Positions 20,239-30,813 of a stretch of 64,000 nucleotides of DNA are shown here, one piece after another. The notes beneath the pieces were generated by a model, which saw nothing but the letters and a program-made list of their open reading frames with translations, was not told the origin of the DNA and searched no databases. The translations under genes and the position numbers were made by a program. Every line of letters begins with the position of its first letter. Position 1 is the stretch's first letter. This DNA comes from an uncultured virus (IMG/VR IMGVR_UViG_3300030376_007244) (taxonomy: Duplodnaviria > Heunggongvirae > Uroviricota > Caudoviricetes): the IMG/VR virus record IMGVR_UViG_3300030376_007244; one strand, written 5' to 3'.

Positions 20239-23117
20239 TGGCACTTAAAGATTTTGATTTATCGAAAATATCCAAGTTTTCTTATGGAACAGTAAATGCA
20301 AATAAGAAAGTTGGACAGTCTTTTAGAGACGGACACTCTGAAGGTGTAGTTACTGGTGTAAAAAATGTTATAGAAAATAAATTTATTTCTGCAAACAATT
20401 CAGAATGGCCAAATCAACAGTTAGTTTCTGGAAGAATTGGAGCTAGAGAAGCCTCACCACCTCAAGGAGTTGGATCTAAAGATAACCCACAAACCTTTCT
20501 AGTCAATAATGCAGCTGGTGAAAGAGAAATAACTGGAATACAAGGATCTATAACGTTTGATGGTAACGATGACTTGATTTCAAAAAGTTTAATTATGAGT
20601 ACAATGAACGATCAGTTGACAAGTGGAACACTTAGATCGTATGATATGGCTGTAATAAACAGCAACCAAATGGGTTGGAGACAGATTCCAATAGGTTTTA
20701 GAGATTTTGGAACAACGTCTTTAGAAGATCTGCCAGATAAAATATCAGGTGATGCATCATTTCCAGGATTTACAGTACTTCAAGCAAATCCACAATGGAC
20801 AGATGGACATGTTAGTAACTATACAGATATAACAACTCTTAATTCATGGTATGGACGATTTATAAACAAGTTCGTAAACCTATCCAGTGATCAGGTGATG
20901 AGAGGAAGTGGTATAGTCGGTGATACGTTTTCTCAATTTGATTCATTAAGCTTTCCAATAGGCTTCAGTCCTGGTATAAGAGCTATAACTTTTGGAAATC
21001 TAGTAGAAAAACCAAGCTATACAAAACAAGTAAATTTTGTTGGAGGAGTATATCCAAATACAGGAAAATTAAGGTATGTAGATTCAAATCTTGAGGACAG
21101 GTTAACATTTAATCCTGGTGATTTCAATGGAGATTCTGATTTTGTACCAGAAGACGGAAATAAAATGTTGTATTTGTATGATAAATTCATAATGAATGCA
21201 AATGAGATGAGATTTGGAAGAGCGTTTAACGATATAGTAATTGATTCAATATTTGGTGATAGGTTCCCATTGGTTCCTGGTCAAAATTTAGTTAGATCTG
21301 CACACATTCAATCTTTAGAAACTGATAAGTTTAAATTTAACCCAGCTTTCCCTGATGTATCATCAGTAAATTATTATAGTGGAGAAAGAGGAGATTCTGA
21401 CGAAGTTGCACAATTATATGCAGGAAAGAATCAAGTTTATTTTGATGGACAAAGTAGATTGTATAGGCATCCTATTGCTGATACACAATCAGATAATCAA
21501 TATAATGTTTTTGTATATGACCAATTAAGTGATAGGTTTAATGCATCTTATAATGCTAGCGCTGAATTTACAGATCAGGCAGGAGAAGCAGTAGTAACCA
21601 GTTATGTTTCTAGTTTACATAAACAGGGATTAGAATATTCTGTTCCCGTTGGAACTCCAGTTGCAGGTGAAGGTGGAAATAGTGCAGATGTAACAGGGTT
21701 GAATTTTAGCCCATTTACTTTTTTCAGCAAATCACCTGGTCAAGCTAAAACATTTAATATAAAGGGTACAAAGGAGTTTGATTTAAGACGGCAAAATGAC
21801 GGTACTTTAGAAGACAGGTTATCAATGTCAAATCAAGTTAATGAGAAACCAGTTGGAGCAGAGAATGTACATCCAACACTTGCTTCGTTTGTAACCGATA
21901 GACAAGTTGGAGACCCAATTGACGAGTTTTCTCAAGAAATAAGCATGGTTCCAGGTGCCGCAGGAACAGGAAACGCAGTACCATTAGAAGATTTTCAAGT
22001 AACAAATGCGTCGTCTATTCATAGAACTCCAATAAATTTAACATTGATGGACAAATATTCATCATTAGCCTATCCTGTTTTAGGTGTTGATGATGGCTCA
22101 GATACTATAGATCCAAATGGTGCAAGATCTATAATGTATGATAAGACATTAAGAAGTGCAGGTGAATTAAACGAGACCATAGATGTCAAGTTTGGTGGTA
22201 GTGGACAATCAGATAGATCCCCAGGGTTAGAGGCACAAAGTCATCCAAAAGGACGTGGAGCTAGAGATAGAGCACAAAAAATAGTTTATAATATTGGAAG
22301 AAGCGATCACGGTGCAGTACAGGTAGTAAAAGACGAGATTATGAATGTACCAGGAAGATTCGAAACTGGAGCGATAAAGGTAGATGTAGATGGAAAAGCA
22401 ATATCTAAGTTGACAACTAACGTTGATAAGATTAACGCAATACCATATGGTGGAGATGACAAGCAAAACGAAGCCGCGTTTAATTCTGCAGATAAGGATG
22501 ATTTTGTACCATTAGTATTTTATGATGTTTTCAATAAAAAGAATATTGTTTTTAGAGCAATATTTGAAGGTGACATTACAGACACAGTAACACCAGACTA
22601 TAATCCAGTTGGTACAATTGGACGACCAAATAAGGGAGCAGTTTATGGTGGAGTAGACAGGAAAATATCCTTTGGATTTCAATTGTATCCAAAAACAAAA
22701 CAAGAATTTCCAATCATGTTAGAAAAACTAAATTACTTGGTTGGATTATGTTATCCAAATTTGGATGACTATTATAGAATGTCAGCACCCATGATAAAAT
22801 TAACTTTAGGTGATATTTTTAGAAGACAGCTCGGGTATTTGACAACATGTACAGTTACGTTTCCATCTGAAAGTGATTGGGAAATAGAAAGAGGTTTGAG
22901 ATTTACAAAACTAATAAAGGTTCAAGTAGATTTTGATTATATCGGTGGACAAATACCTATCTCTACTGGTAAACATTATAGTTTAGGATGGTTAGATGGG
23001 ACTAAACTTCCAGATGCAGATCCAATTAGGGTAACAAATGGTGGAAACGAAACATCAGTAAGTTTACCAAATGTGGGAAAGATATTTGATGAAGCCAAAG
23101 ATATGGTAGGAAGCTAA
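20238..23117 (+). CDS. Baseplate/tail-tube initiator-like protein (C-terminal tube-like domain)
   Basis: C-terminal FRAIFEGDITD...GRP...YGGVDRKISFGF...KLNYLVGLCYP...PMIKLTLGD...WEIE. Confidence 0.65.
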   Translation: MALKDFDLSKISKFSYGTVNANKKVGQSFRDGHSEGVVTGVKNVIENKFISANNSEWPNQQLVSGRIGAREASPPQGVGSKDNPQTFLVNNAAGEREITGIQGSITFDGNDDLISKSLIMSTMNDQLTSGTLRSYDMAVINSNQMGWRQIPIGFRDFGTTSLEDLPDKISGDASFPGFTVLQANPQWTDGHVSNYTDITTLNSWYGRFINKFVNLSSDQVMRGSGIVGDTFSQFDSLSFPIGFSPGIRAITFGNLVEKPSYTKQVNFVGGVYPNTGKLRYVDSNLEDRLTFNPGDFNGDSDFVPEDGNKMLYLYDKFIMNANEMRFGRAFNDIVIDSIFGDRFPLVPGQNLVRSAHIQSLETDKFKFNPAFPDVSSVNYYSGERGDSDEVAQLYAGKNQVYFDGQSRLYRHPIADTQSDNQYNVFVYDQLSDRFNASYNASAEFTDQAGEAVVTSYVSSLHKQGLEYSVPVGTPVAGEGGNSADVTGLNFSPFTFFSKSPGQAKTFNIKGTKEFDLRRQNDGTLEDRLSMSNQVNEKPVGAENVHPTLASFVTDRQVGDPIDEFSQEISMVPGAAGTGNAVPLEDFQVTNASSIHRTPINLTLMDKYSSLAYPVLGVDDGSDTIDPNGARSIMYDKTLRSAGELNETIDVKFGGSGQSDRSPGLEAQSHPKGRGARDRAQKIVYNIGRSDHGAVQVVKDEIMNVPGRFETGAIKVDVDGKAISKLTTNVDKINAIPYGGDDKQNEAAFNSADKDDFVPLVFYDVFNKKNIVFRAIFEGDITDTVTPDYNPVGTIGRPNKGAVYGGVDRKISFGFQLYPKTKQEFPIMLEKLNYLVGLCYPNLDDYYRMSAPMIKLTLGDIFRRQLGYLTTCTVTFPSESDWEIERGLRFTKLIKVQVDFDYIGGQIPISTGKHYSLGWLDGTKLPDADPIRVTNGGNETSVSLPNVGKIFDEAKDMVGS

Positions 23118-23118
23118 A

Positions 23119-23421
23119 ATGTTTAGGCGATATAAAACTGCTAAAGTAAAGGTAGATCAAAAAACCAAAAATAGATACTATTCTCCATTGTTGTATCCGA
23201 CAATATTAGAAAAAGATACAGATATTATTCACAACATAAGATCAGGTGACAGGTTAGATTTATTAGCTAATACGTATTATGGTGATGTTAATTTGTGGTG
23301 GATTATAAGTCGTGCAAATAGACTTGATCCGTCTGACCTAGGTTTAGAAGTAGGGACAACTTTAAGAATACCTGTAGATGTTGGCGAAATATTGGGGAAG
23401 TTACAAGAAGAAAATAGGTAG
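23119..23421 (+). CDS. LysM-like baseplate wedge protein (gpX/gp53-like)
   Basis: GDRLDLLANTYYGDVNLWWIISRAN...GTTLRIP. Confidence 0.88.
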   Translation: MFRRYKTAKVKVDQKTKNRYYSPLLYPTILEKDTDIIHNIRSGDRLDLLANTYYGDVNLWWIISRANRLDPSDLGLEVGTTLRIPVDVGEILGKLQEENR

Positions 23422-23426
23422 GTGAT

Positions 23427-26324
23427 ATGCCTAATCAATTTGTAAACATAAATAAAAAAATTCAACACGGCTTGAACCAAAGAGTGAAGGCTATGAATTC
23501 GTTTGGAGGTGATCCATTACTAAGAACACTTGGAGACGAAATAATGAACGATCCATTGGGTTCTGTTCAAGATGAAGGTTATGAATTAAGTATGGAACAA
23601 CAAATGGTAAAAACGCCATTTGCCAGAATCATATCACCAGGTGAATCTAGTACTGAAGTATTATACGGAACATTTAATCATACGTTTGATCAAGAACTGG
23701 GTACTTCAGATGAGTCTTCAGGTGTGGATGCATTTAAATCATTGGGTGATAGTATAAAACCTAGCGAACAAGCATATTATAATTTTGACGTTGATAAGAA
23801 AAGAGATGGAATGGATTTTGGTAAACCAAGACCAGGAATAGAAAGTATAGCTATAGATTATCAAGGATACGGTGGAGCTATAAGAAAGGCGACAATTGCT
23901 ATTAACATATTTTCGCTTGCAGATTTAGAAAAATATACAAACAACTCTATACTATCGATTGGACGAAACTTAATAGTTGATTGGGGATGGGTTAGAGGAA
24001 GTAGCTCATCTGAGTTTCAGATACCTACACTTTTAAATTTAGAAGAAGATGGAAAATTATCGTTACGTAAAAGTTTATTTTTCCCAGTTGTAAATGCGCA
24101 AACTAAAAAAATAGAAAAGCCTGCTGAATTTAGGGAATTACCATTTGATTATTATGGAGACTGGGGAGGATTGTTTGGTAGAGTTATGTCATCTACATGG
24201 TCTACAAATGGAAGCGTTTTTCAATGTACGGTAGAAGTATTGGCAAAAGGTAATAATGTGTTCCAAAAAATAATGGATAACTCAAAGCCAAATAAGCAAG
24301 TGTATTCCATGCCGTCTAGACCAGCTGAAAACATAGACAAATATGTTGAAGCCACAACTAAAGATAAAGACGGTTCTTTAGATACAAGAACTCATAATAT
24401 TGTTGAAAGAATAAAACAGCTTGATATGGAAATATTAATGAAGATGTTTTCTGATACAAAAATTGGCGTATTTGGAAATGAATGGGATGAAGCTATAGAT
24501 ATAGTAAACGAATCTGGTGGTGAAATACTTGTTTCAGAATGTGAAAACATAGTCATGATGGTTGCACCAGATCCTTCAAGTACAGTTACACCAGAGCTAC
24601 TAGATACTGAGGGATTAAGTGATACTCAAATAAAGTTCAATGCATTTTCAGGATTAACAAAACAAATTTGGATTAGATGGGGATGGTTTGAAGATAATGT
24701 TGTTTGTTATTATGCAAAATCTGCAATACTAGAAAAGAAAACTGGTAATGTAATGAAGGAAGCAGAATTTAGATCTATACAGGAAGTCAATGGAGAATTG
24801 GTATCAGTAAAAATATCAAATGATGAAGAGCTGTATACACATACTCCAAGTGCATTTGTTATACCTGGACAATATAAATCAGAGTGGTTTCCAACATCTG
24901 AAGTTAGCAATCAGTTGAAAGAAGACCCAGCTACTTTATATAAACAACTAGCAGATACGTTTAACGGACTAAAGTTTCAATTTGCAGTTGATAGTAAAAA
25001 ACAGCAAGGATATTTGAGAAACATGTATGTTAATTACAATCAGATAAAAAGTTCATTCGTTTCTCCAGGTTCCAGTATAGAATCGGGAATGATGAAGCTT
25101 GCAAATTCATTGAATACACGATTAGATTTTTGGGACTTTGAAGTAGAAAGCAAAGAACTAAATACTTCTTGCTTATTGACGGTTTCTATAATAGAAAAGG
25201 ACAATGTTTCTGAAGAAAACGAGGGATTGTCAGAAGAGTTAGACCCAAAAAAGTCATTTATATTTGACAATTATGGTATGAATTCTCTAATTCAGGAAAC
25301 AACATTGGAAATGTCTGTACCAGATAAGTTTGCAACATCTATAGGATTAGGCGCAAATACAGACTCTGCTATAGAAGGAACAGACGCAGATTCAATAGCA
25401 AAATATTTAAAAGAACAAAGATCAAACGACGAAGGTGATGAGGAAGACCAATACGTTAGGTTGGCAAAAATGTTTAATGATTCTCAAAACATATCAGAAA
25501 TACAGGATAAATTGGAAAACGATAATGCTAATCAAAATCCAATAAACATTGGAGAATTGGAAATAGGGCCAGATCCAATAGTTACGGAAATTGTAGATTC
25601 TGTAAAGTCAAAAGCAACTACTGGAGGGTTTGATCACAACTTACAAGGTTTTCCAATTGTTAGCACAGAAGAACAAATGCAAGCAGAATTATCTAAAAAG
25701 ATTCAAGCAGAAGTACAGAAAACATCAGCTGTATTTGAGATAGGTCAAAAAAATGGAGCTATTAATATTGATATAGGTGGAACAAGTGTGTCTATAAGTA
25801 AAGTTCAGGGAATAGGTATATTGGATCCTACGGATTCGGAAAATAAAGAGTTTGCAAAAGCTTTGCCAGGACAGGGATACAATTACGATTCTACTGGACA
25901 ATTGAGACAAAATGCATTGAATTACCTAAAATTTATGTTTGAAGAATCACCGATATCAAGAAAGAAAAGCGATACGTATAAGTTAACATTACCTTTAGAG
26001 GTTTCCATTACATTAGATGGTTGTTCTGGCTTGACAATAGGAAACATGTTCAGACTCTCAAACATTCCTGAAAAACCCTACAATCAGTATTCGTTAGATC
26101 CTTCTACGTATTTTTATGTTAGTGGTTTACAGCATAATGTACAGTCAACAAGTTGGACTACTACAATAACTGGAAAATTAGATAGGGTTAGAAATGGAGA
26201 ATTAGATCCACTATCAAGAATAACTAGGGAAAATAAAGTTGCCATACGTCAAAAACTAAAAGAGCAGTTTAGTAAAAACTTAAAAAGATTTTTAGATTTA
26301 CAGAGTGCAGAGGAAGAAGATTAA
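23427..26324 (+). CDS. Baseplate hub-like protein
   Basis: PRPGIESI...RKATIAI...VDWGW; C-terminal LPLEVSITLDGCSG..IGNMF...LQHNVQSTSWTTTITG; position. Confidence 0.65.
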   Translation: MPNQFVNINKKIQHGLNQRVKAMNSFGGDPLLRTLGDEIMNDPLGSVQDEGYELSMEQQMVKTPFARIISPGESSTEVLYGTFNHTFDQELGTSDESSGVDAFKSLGDSIKPSEQAYYNFDVDKKRDGMDFGKPRPGIESIAIDYQGYGGAIRKATIAINIFSLADLEKYTNNSILSIGRNLIVDWGWVRGSSSSEFQIPTLLNLEEDGKLSLRKSLFFPVVNAQTKKIEKPAEFRELPFDYYGDWGGLFGRVMSSTWSTNGSVFQCTVEVLAKGNNVFQKIMDNSKPNKQVYSMPSRPAENIDKYVEATTKDKDGSLDTRTHNIVERIKQLDMEILMKMFSDTKIGVFGNEWDEAIDIVNESGGEILVSECENIVMMVAPDPSSTVTPELLDTEGLSDTQIKFNAFSGLTKQIWIRWGWFEDNVVCYYAKSAILEKKTGNVMKEAEFRSIQEVNGELVSVKISNDEELYTHTPSAFVIPGQYKSEWFPTSEVSNQLKEDPATLYKQLADTFNGLKFQFAVDSKKQQGYLRNMYVNYNQIKSSFVSPGSSIESGMMKLANSLNTRLDFWDFEVESKELNTSCLLTVSIIEKDNVSEENEGLSEELDPKKSFIFDNYGMNSLIQETTLEMSVPDKFATSIGLGANTDSAIEGTDADSIAKYLKEQRSNDEGDEEDQYVRLAKMFNDSQNISEIQDKLENDNANQNPINIGELEIGPDPIVTEIVDSVKSKATTGGFDHNLQGFPIVSTEEQMQAELSKKIQAEVQKTSAVFEIGQKNGAINIDIGGTSVSISKVQGIGILDPTDSENKEFAKALPGQGYNYDSTGQLRQNALNYLKFMFEESPISRKKSDTYKLTLPLEVSITLDGCSGLTIGNMFRLSNIPEKPYNQYSLDPSTYFYVSGLQHNVQSTSWTTTITGKLDRVRNGELDPLSRITRENKVAIRQKLKEQFSKNLKRFLDLQSAEEED

Positions 26325-26325
26325 A

Positions 26326-26937
26326 ATGGATGGATTGTTACCTAAATCGTTTGTTAACAGCGAAGCTCTTCAAAATGTAGAAAGAGTTGAAGGGCCATTC
26401 GTCTCAATGAAGAATCAATTTTTTTATTTTGGTGAAGAGTTAACGGTGTTAGAGGGTAGCGAATATTTAATACACTATTTAAATAGTAAGAATGTTAAGT
26501 ATACCCTTATAAAAACTGGAGAAGAAATAGCCTCAAAAAAGAAATCTAATTTTGAAATGTACTCATCATTAGGCGCAAAAGCTAGAGACGATTATCCAGT
26601 TCCATTTTATCCAACATCAGTCAAACTTCCATATTCTAACGTTTACATAAACAGAACATTTGCAATTAGTAATATTTTTAAGAGTAAAGGTATATTGGAA
26701 GTAGAAGCAAAATCAAAAACAAATCTTTTTAGATTTATAACAATAGAATGGCAAATAGGTGGTAGTGCAAATGAAGCTAGACTGTTTAATAGAAAACAGT
26801 TAGACGGTGTACCTGCAGAATTTGGAGAATTGAGAGAACAATTACCAGAATTACAGCTTCACGAGTCTAAAGTGTTAATGGTTTCCGGGGTAAGTTCTAT
26901 GTCTAAACTTCTCCAACATGGCCAAAATTTTTATTAG
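26326..26937 (+). CDS. Hypothetical protein (tail module end)
   Basis: ORF with ATG 26326 after GAGG; no recognisable motif. Confidence 0.6.
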   Translation: MDGLLPKSFVNSEALQNVERVEGPFVSMKNQFFYFGEELTVLEGSEYLIHYLNSKNVKYTLIKTGEEIASKKKSNFEMYSSLGAKARDDYPVPFYPTSVKLPYSNVYINRTFAISNIFKSKGILEVEAKSKTNLFRFITIEWQIGGSANEARLFNRKQLDGVPAEFGELREQLPELQLHESKVLMVSGVSSMSKLLQHGQNFY

Positions 26938-26963
26938 TTTTGACGAAATAGTTTTATATATAT
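26938..26963 (+). promoter_or_regulatory. Putative middle-class promoter; ATG follows 5 nt after core (leaderless)
   Basis: TTTTGA at 26938, ATATATAT at 26956, ATG at 26969, no SD. Confidence 0.6.
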
Positions 26964-26968
26964 TATAA

Positions 26969-28270
26969 ATGGTTATAGAATTTAAAGATCAATACAACGA
27001 TCTACTCAAACGTATATCTGGCCAAGAAGTTACCGCAGTCGCAATACGTCAAGACTTTAGACTTCATCCTTGTTCGAGTAGCACAACATGTATAGCTATA
27101 TGTTTCAATGGACAAACATATTACATACTATCCAACCATTCAGAATCTTTAGGCGACAATTTAGATATATCAAAACTTTCTTGTGTAAAAAGGTTTTGGG
27201 TAGATGATCTAAAACAGTTTTATCATTTGACTGGGTTTGAAAGGTTATATGATATTAAAATGATGGGGTGGGTTAACGATATAGAATATGAAGATGTCCC
27301 AGTTTCAGAAGCATTTAGGGCAATACATTTAAGGTCACAGAATGATCATAGAGCAAACGAAATTGTACCTATTGTAAAGTTGAAAGAACACTGTTATGAT
27401 AGGTTGGTATCGATGACATTGGCTAGAGATTCTATGAAGGTAACAAGACCATTTGTAAAATATAACGGTTTGCTATTAGAAATGGCAAAATTAGAAGGTA
27501 CTGGTATAGGAATATCTGATGGGTATTTTGATAAAGTTTTTAGCGGTGACACTGCACATTCTAACTATAATTTTTATACGTCTACTGGTAGACCTTCAAA
27601 TACATTTGGTGGAATAAATTTTGGAGCACTAAATAAGAGTGATGGTGTACGAAAGGGAATAGTTCCTAAAAATGGTGGAATGCTAGTAGAGTTTGATTAT
27701 GATGCGTATCATCTTAGATTGTTGGCTAATTTAGTAGGTTGGGATTTTCCACTGGATAGAGACGTACACCAATATTTTGCAGATGAAGTCTACAAGTGCT
27801 CATATGAAGAAGCAAAAACAAAATCTTTTCAGATACTATATGGACAAGTTCCATCTTCAGAAGACAATACATCATTCTTTTGGGCAGTAAATGAGTTATC
27901 CAAAACTTTAGAACACTATTTTAAAGCAAACAAATGTTTCAATTCTCATATTTATAAGAAACCATTTTATTTGGCTGGTCAAAGTGACGTCAACAGGAAT
28001 AAGTTGCTCAACTATTACATTCAGTCTTTTGAAACAGAACGAAATGTAGATGTAATTAAGAGCATACACAAGTATCTGAGGAGCAAGGAAACATCAATGA
28101 TTTTGTATACGTATGATAGTTTTTTATTCGATTTCAAAGTCTCTGAGGGGTTACAAACGTTATCCTCTATAAAAGAACTACTTGAAAAGGATGGATTTCC
28201 TGTAAAGGCAAAAGCTGGTAGTAATTACCATGAGTTACAAGATATAACGGAGAAGTTACGTGGATCTTAA
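26969..28270 (+). CDS. polA: Short family-A DNA polymerase homologue
   Basis: TSTGRPS, motif A FDYDAYHLRLLA, motif B AKTKSFQILYG, NYYIQS, motif C LYTYDSFLFD. Confidence 0.8.
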   Translation: MVIEFKDQYNDLLKRISGQEVTAVAIRQDFRLHPCSSSTTCIAICFNGQTYYILSNHSESLGDNLDISKLSCVKRFWVDDLKQFYHLTGFERLYDIKMMGWVNDIEYEDVPVSEAFRAIHLRSQNDHRANEIVPIVKLKEHCYDRLVSMTLARDSMKVTRPFVKYNGLLLEMAKLEGTGIGISDGYFDKVFSGDTAHSNYNFYTSTGRPSNTFGGINFGALNKSDGVRKGIVPKNGGMLVEFDYDAYHLRLLANLVGWDFPLDRDVHQYFADEVYKCSYEEAKTKSFQILYGQVPSSEDNTSFFWAVNELSKTLEHYFKANKCFNSHIYKKPFYLAGQSDVNRNKLLNYYIQSFETERNVDVIKSIHKYLRSKETSMILYTYDSFLFDFKVSEGLQTLSSIKELLEKDGFPVKAKAGSNYHELQDITEKLRGS

Positions 28271-30428
28271 AAAAATAATAAGTGATGCAATCGATAATGT
28301 ATCATATAGAACGACAAACGGTATGGTGGATTTAAACGATCCATATCATTTGCACGAAGTACAATTAGAATTAAAAAAATATCTGGACCCAAATACAGTT
28401 GAAATGGTATTGTATGAGAAGGATAAGGAAAAGCAACCACCACTAGACGATGCAGGCAAAAAAGAAAAAGAAAAATTAGGGTTGATTTGGAAAGGTCAAG
28501 GCTATGGTAAAGAGAACGAAGATGGTATAACACATAAAAATGATGGTGGAAAATTAGTTAAAATAGAAAAGGATGTGGACAAAAAGGACGATAAAACAGG
28601 AAGCATCTTTAAAGATAAAGAACAAGATTCTAAAGACGTTGTAAGAAATAAAGACTATGACGCTAAAAATGCAGATTGGCAACCTGAAGGTGGAAACCAA
28701 GAAAAAGCAGTAAAAAGAACAGCTGATAAGTTGAGAAATGCTGTCAGTCAAATACCGTTTGAATCAGAAGAAGACGAAGCTGCAACCAATAGAGTTATAT
28801 CTAACATAGAAAATGGTGATCCTATTGATCCAAAAGATTCAGAAGTTTTTAACAAATACATAAGAATTAAAGAAACCGGTGGACAGTCAAATCCAGAATT
28901 TGCATTTTACATTTCTAATACAGCAGCTGGTGATTTTAGACAGGGACGAAGAGTAAAGGTAGAAATGGGTACTGGTCAAAATGGTCATATGGTAAGAAGG
29001 AAGTTAGAGGCTCAAGGTATACAAGCTGCAAGTGCATCTACCACTGCCGGAAAGGTACCACCAAAACTTTCTGGAAAGATAATGACCATGACTAAAATAG
29101 CCCAAGATAAGGGTGGAGGAATAGTAGAGCATAAAGTCAAAAAGACTAGAAATGCAGATGGTCAAATAGAATCTGTGACAGTTGGTGGAAGAACGATAAA
29201 AAGAATTCCAGAACCAGATAGAAAAGAATTAGAAGCTCAAGGAATGTCCGAAAAGGATATTAACAAAAAGATTGCTACCATAAAAAGAAACAATAAAATG
29301 GTAGATCAATATGAAAACATTGATCAGGTTGAAGAAGCACGATTGGTTAAGGGTGCAGATACTAGCACAAAAGAAGGAAGAGAAAAAACTGCAAAAGAAG
29401 GTCCAGTAGTTATGGCTGATTCTATTCGGGCTCATATGGAAAAAGCTGGCCCATTAACAAAAGCTGAAGAAGCAATGTTAGATCGGATGAAAGCATTAGG
29501 AGACATCGAAGATCCAGAAGAATATGAAAGAGAAGCAATGAAAATGTTATCCGATATGCAAAAAATTGAGAGTATGAGAAAGGGTGTTCCTGATGTAGCT
29601 GAAGCGATAATTATGTGTGTAATGAACAAGAAGGGACTAGATTGTGTGGCACCAGCTGGAGAAACATATAAGGTTGCAGATTTAATTGTGTTCCCTCCAA
29701 AAGACAATCCAGAAGATCCAAACTCTGCAGAATATATAGTCTTTTTAGAAAGTACTGGTGGATTGAGTGTTAAGTGGAAAGGTGGAGCTGCTTCGGGTGC
29801 CAGAGCTAAAGTAGAAGTTACCGCATTTAAGAGCGAAGAAACACAGGGAAGATTAACAAAAATTTTAGATCTACATAATAATTTTATGGGTACATCAAAG
29901 CAACCATTAACAAGAAAAAGAATAGATAGTGGTAAAGCTGAGTTAGATAAGCAAGAACAATGGGCACGTCAAAATGGTATGTTATCTGATGATGATTTTG
30001 GAGATGATGGATCATTAATAATTCCAGGATCAAAGGGTAATAGAACGACAAAACAGTGGGCAAATGATTCAATAGCTGATTGGCAAAGTAAAGGTAAGTT
30101 ACCACCAGACTGTACCCCAACATTAAAACAAAGTGGAATAGAATGCCTAACAAAGGAAAATAAAGCTTTACTAGTAGATTCACTAGACCAATATTGTAGA
30201 GGTGGAATAATGTTGGCAAAGATTCATAATAAAGATTTAGAGTATCAACCGTATGGAAATGCAAATGGAACAGCTGATGCATTAGAGTTATCAAATGGAA
30301 TAGATTGTGTTAATCACATGCATTTTCAACCAAATCCTGGGTTTGATTTTACTAAAGACAAAGACGGAAATAACATAGTAAGACCTAACGCGGTTTATGC
30401 TGGACATTTGGAGAAGGTGTGTGATTAA
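28260..30428 (+). CDS. Large charged hypothetical protein, possible PD-(D/E)XK-like domain
   Basis: 722-aa ORF, GTG start after GGAG; AE...ADLIVF...GLSVKW pattern; function is a guess. Confidence 0.6.
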   Translation: MDLKKIISDAIDNVSYRTTNGMVDLNDPYHLHEVQLELKKYLDPNTVEMVLYEKDKEKQPPLDDAGKKEKEKLGLIWKGQGYGKENEDGITHKNDGGKLVKIEKDVDKKDDKTGSIFKDKEQDSKDVVRNKDYDAKNADWQPEGGNQEKAVKRTADKLRNAVSQIPFESEEDEAATNRVISNIENGDPIDPKDSEVFNKYIRIKETGGQSNPEFAFYISNTAAGDFRQGRRVKVEMGTGQNGHMVRRKLEAQGIQAASASTTAGKVPPKLSGKIMTMTKIAQDKGGGIVEHKVKKTRNADGQIESVTVGGRTIKRIPEPDRKELEAQGMSEKDINKKIATIKRNNKMVDQYENIDQVEEARLVKGADTSTKEGREKTAKEGPVVMADSIRAHMEKAGPLTKAEEAMLDRMKALGDIEDPEEYEREAMKMLSDMQKIESMRKGVPDVAEAIIMCVMNKKGLDCVAPAGETYKVADLIVFPPKDNPEDPNSAEYIVFLESTGGLSVKWKGGAASGARAKVEVTAFKSEETQGRLTKILDLHNNFMGTSKQPLTRKRIDSGKAELDKQEQWARQNGMLSDDDFGDDGSLIIPGSKGNRTTKQWANDSIADWQSKGKLPPDCTPTLKQSGIECLTKENKALLVDSLDQYCRGGIMLAKIHNKDLEYQPYGNANGTADALELSNGIDCVNHMHFQPNPGFDFTKDKDGNNIVRPNAVYAGHLEKVCD

Positions 30429-30429
30429 A

Positions 30430-30813
30430 ATGAAAGACATAATACTTGAACGTAAAAACGTAGATACTGCTGGTATAATTGTACGATCAGATCAAGGCAT
30501 AATTTTATGTAAAGACTCAGAAAAATGGGGCATTCCTAAGGGTAAAGTGGAGCTCGGGGAAACACCAATACAGGCTGCAATTAGAGAAACTGCTGAAGAG
30601 GTATCAATTCTTGTATCAGAAAACGGGTCTCACATCAACACACCAGTAACATTAAAAGCCGTTAAGAAAAATTCTATAGGTAGGGATTTTCACATATTTG
30701 AATGTAGGTTAAAATATCCCATATTACCTACTAAAAGTTTAGAGCACGAAGAGGTGCGATATTTTTCAATATTACCAGAAGACACAGATCCACGCTTGAA
30801 GGATTTAATATAA
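30430..30813 (+). CDS. NUDIX hydrolase
   Basis: WGIPKGKVELGETPIQAAIRETAEEVSI Nudix box; ATG 30430 preferred to 30397. Confidence 0.9.
   Translation: MKDIILERKNVDTAGIIVRSDQGIILCKDSEKWGIPKGKVELGETPIQAAIRETAEEVSILVSENGSHINTPVTLKAVKKNSIGRDFHIFECRLKYPILPTKSLEHEEVRYFSILPEDTDPRLKDLI

Noticed and set aside
13467..26324. Bacterial extracellular contractile injection system or tailocin
   Set aside because: Contiguous with phage replication, nucleotide metabolism and tRNA genes and no cellular housekeeping context; a phage tail module fits better, although head genes are outside the window.
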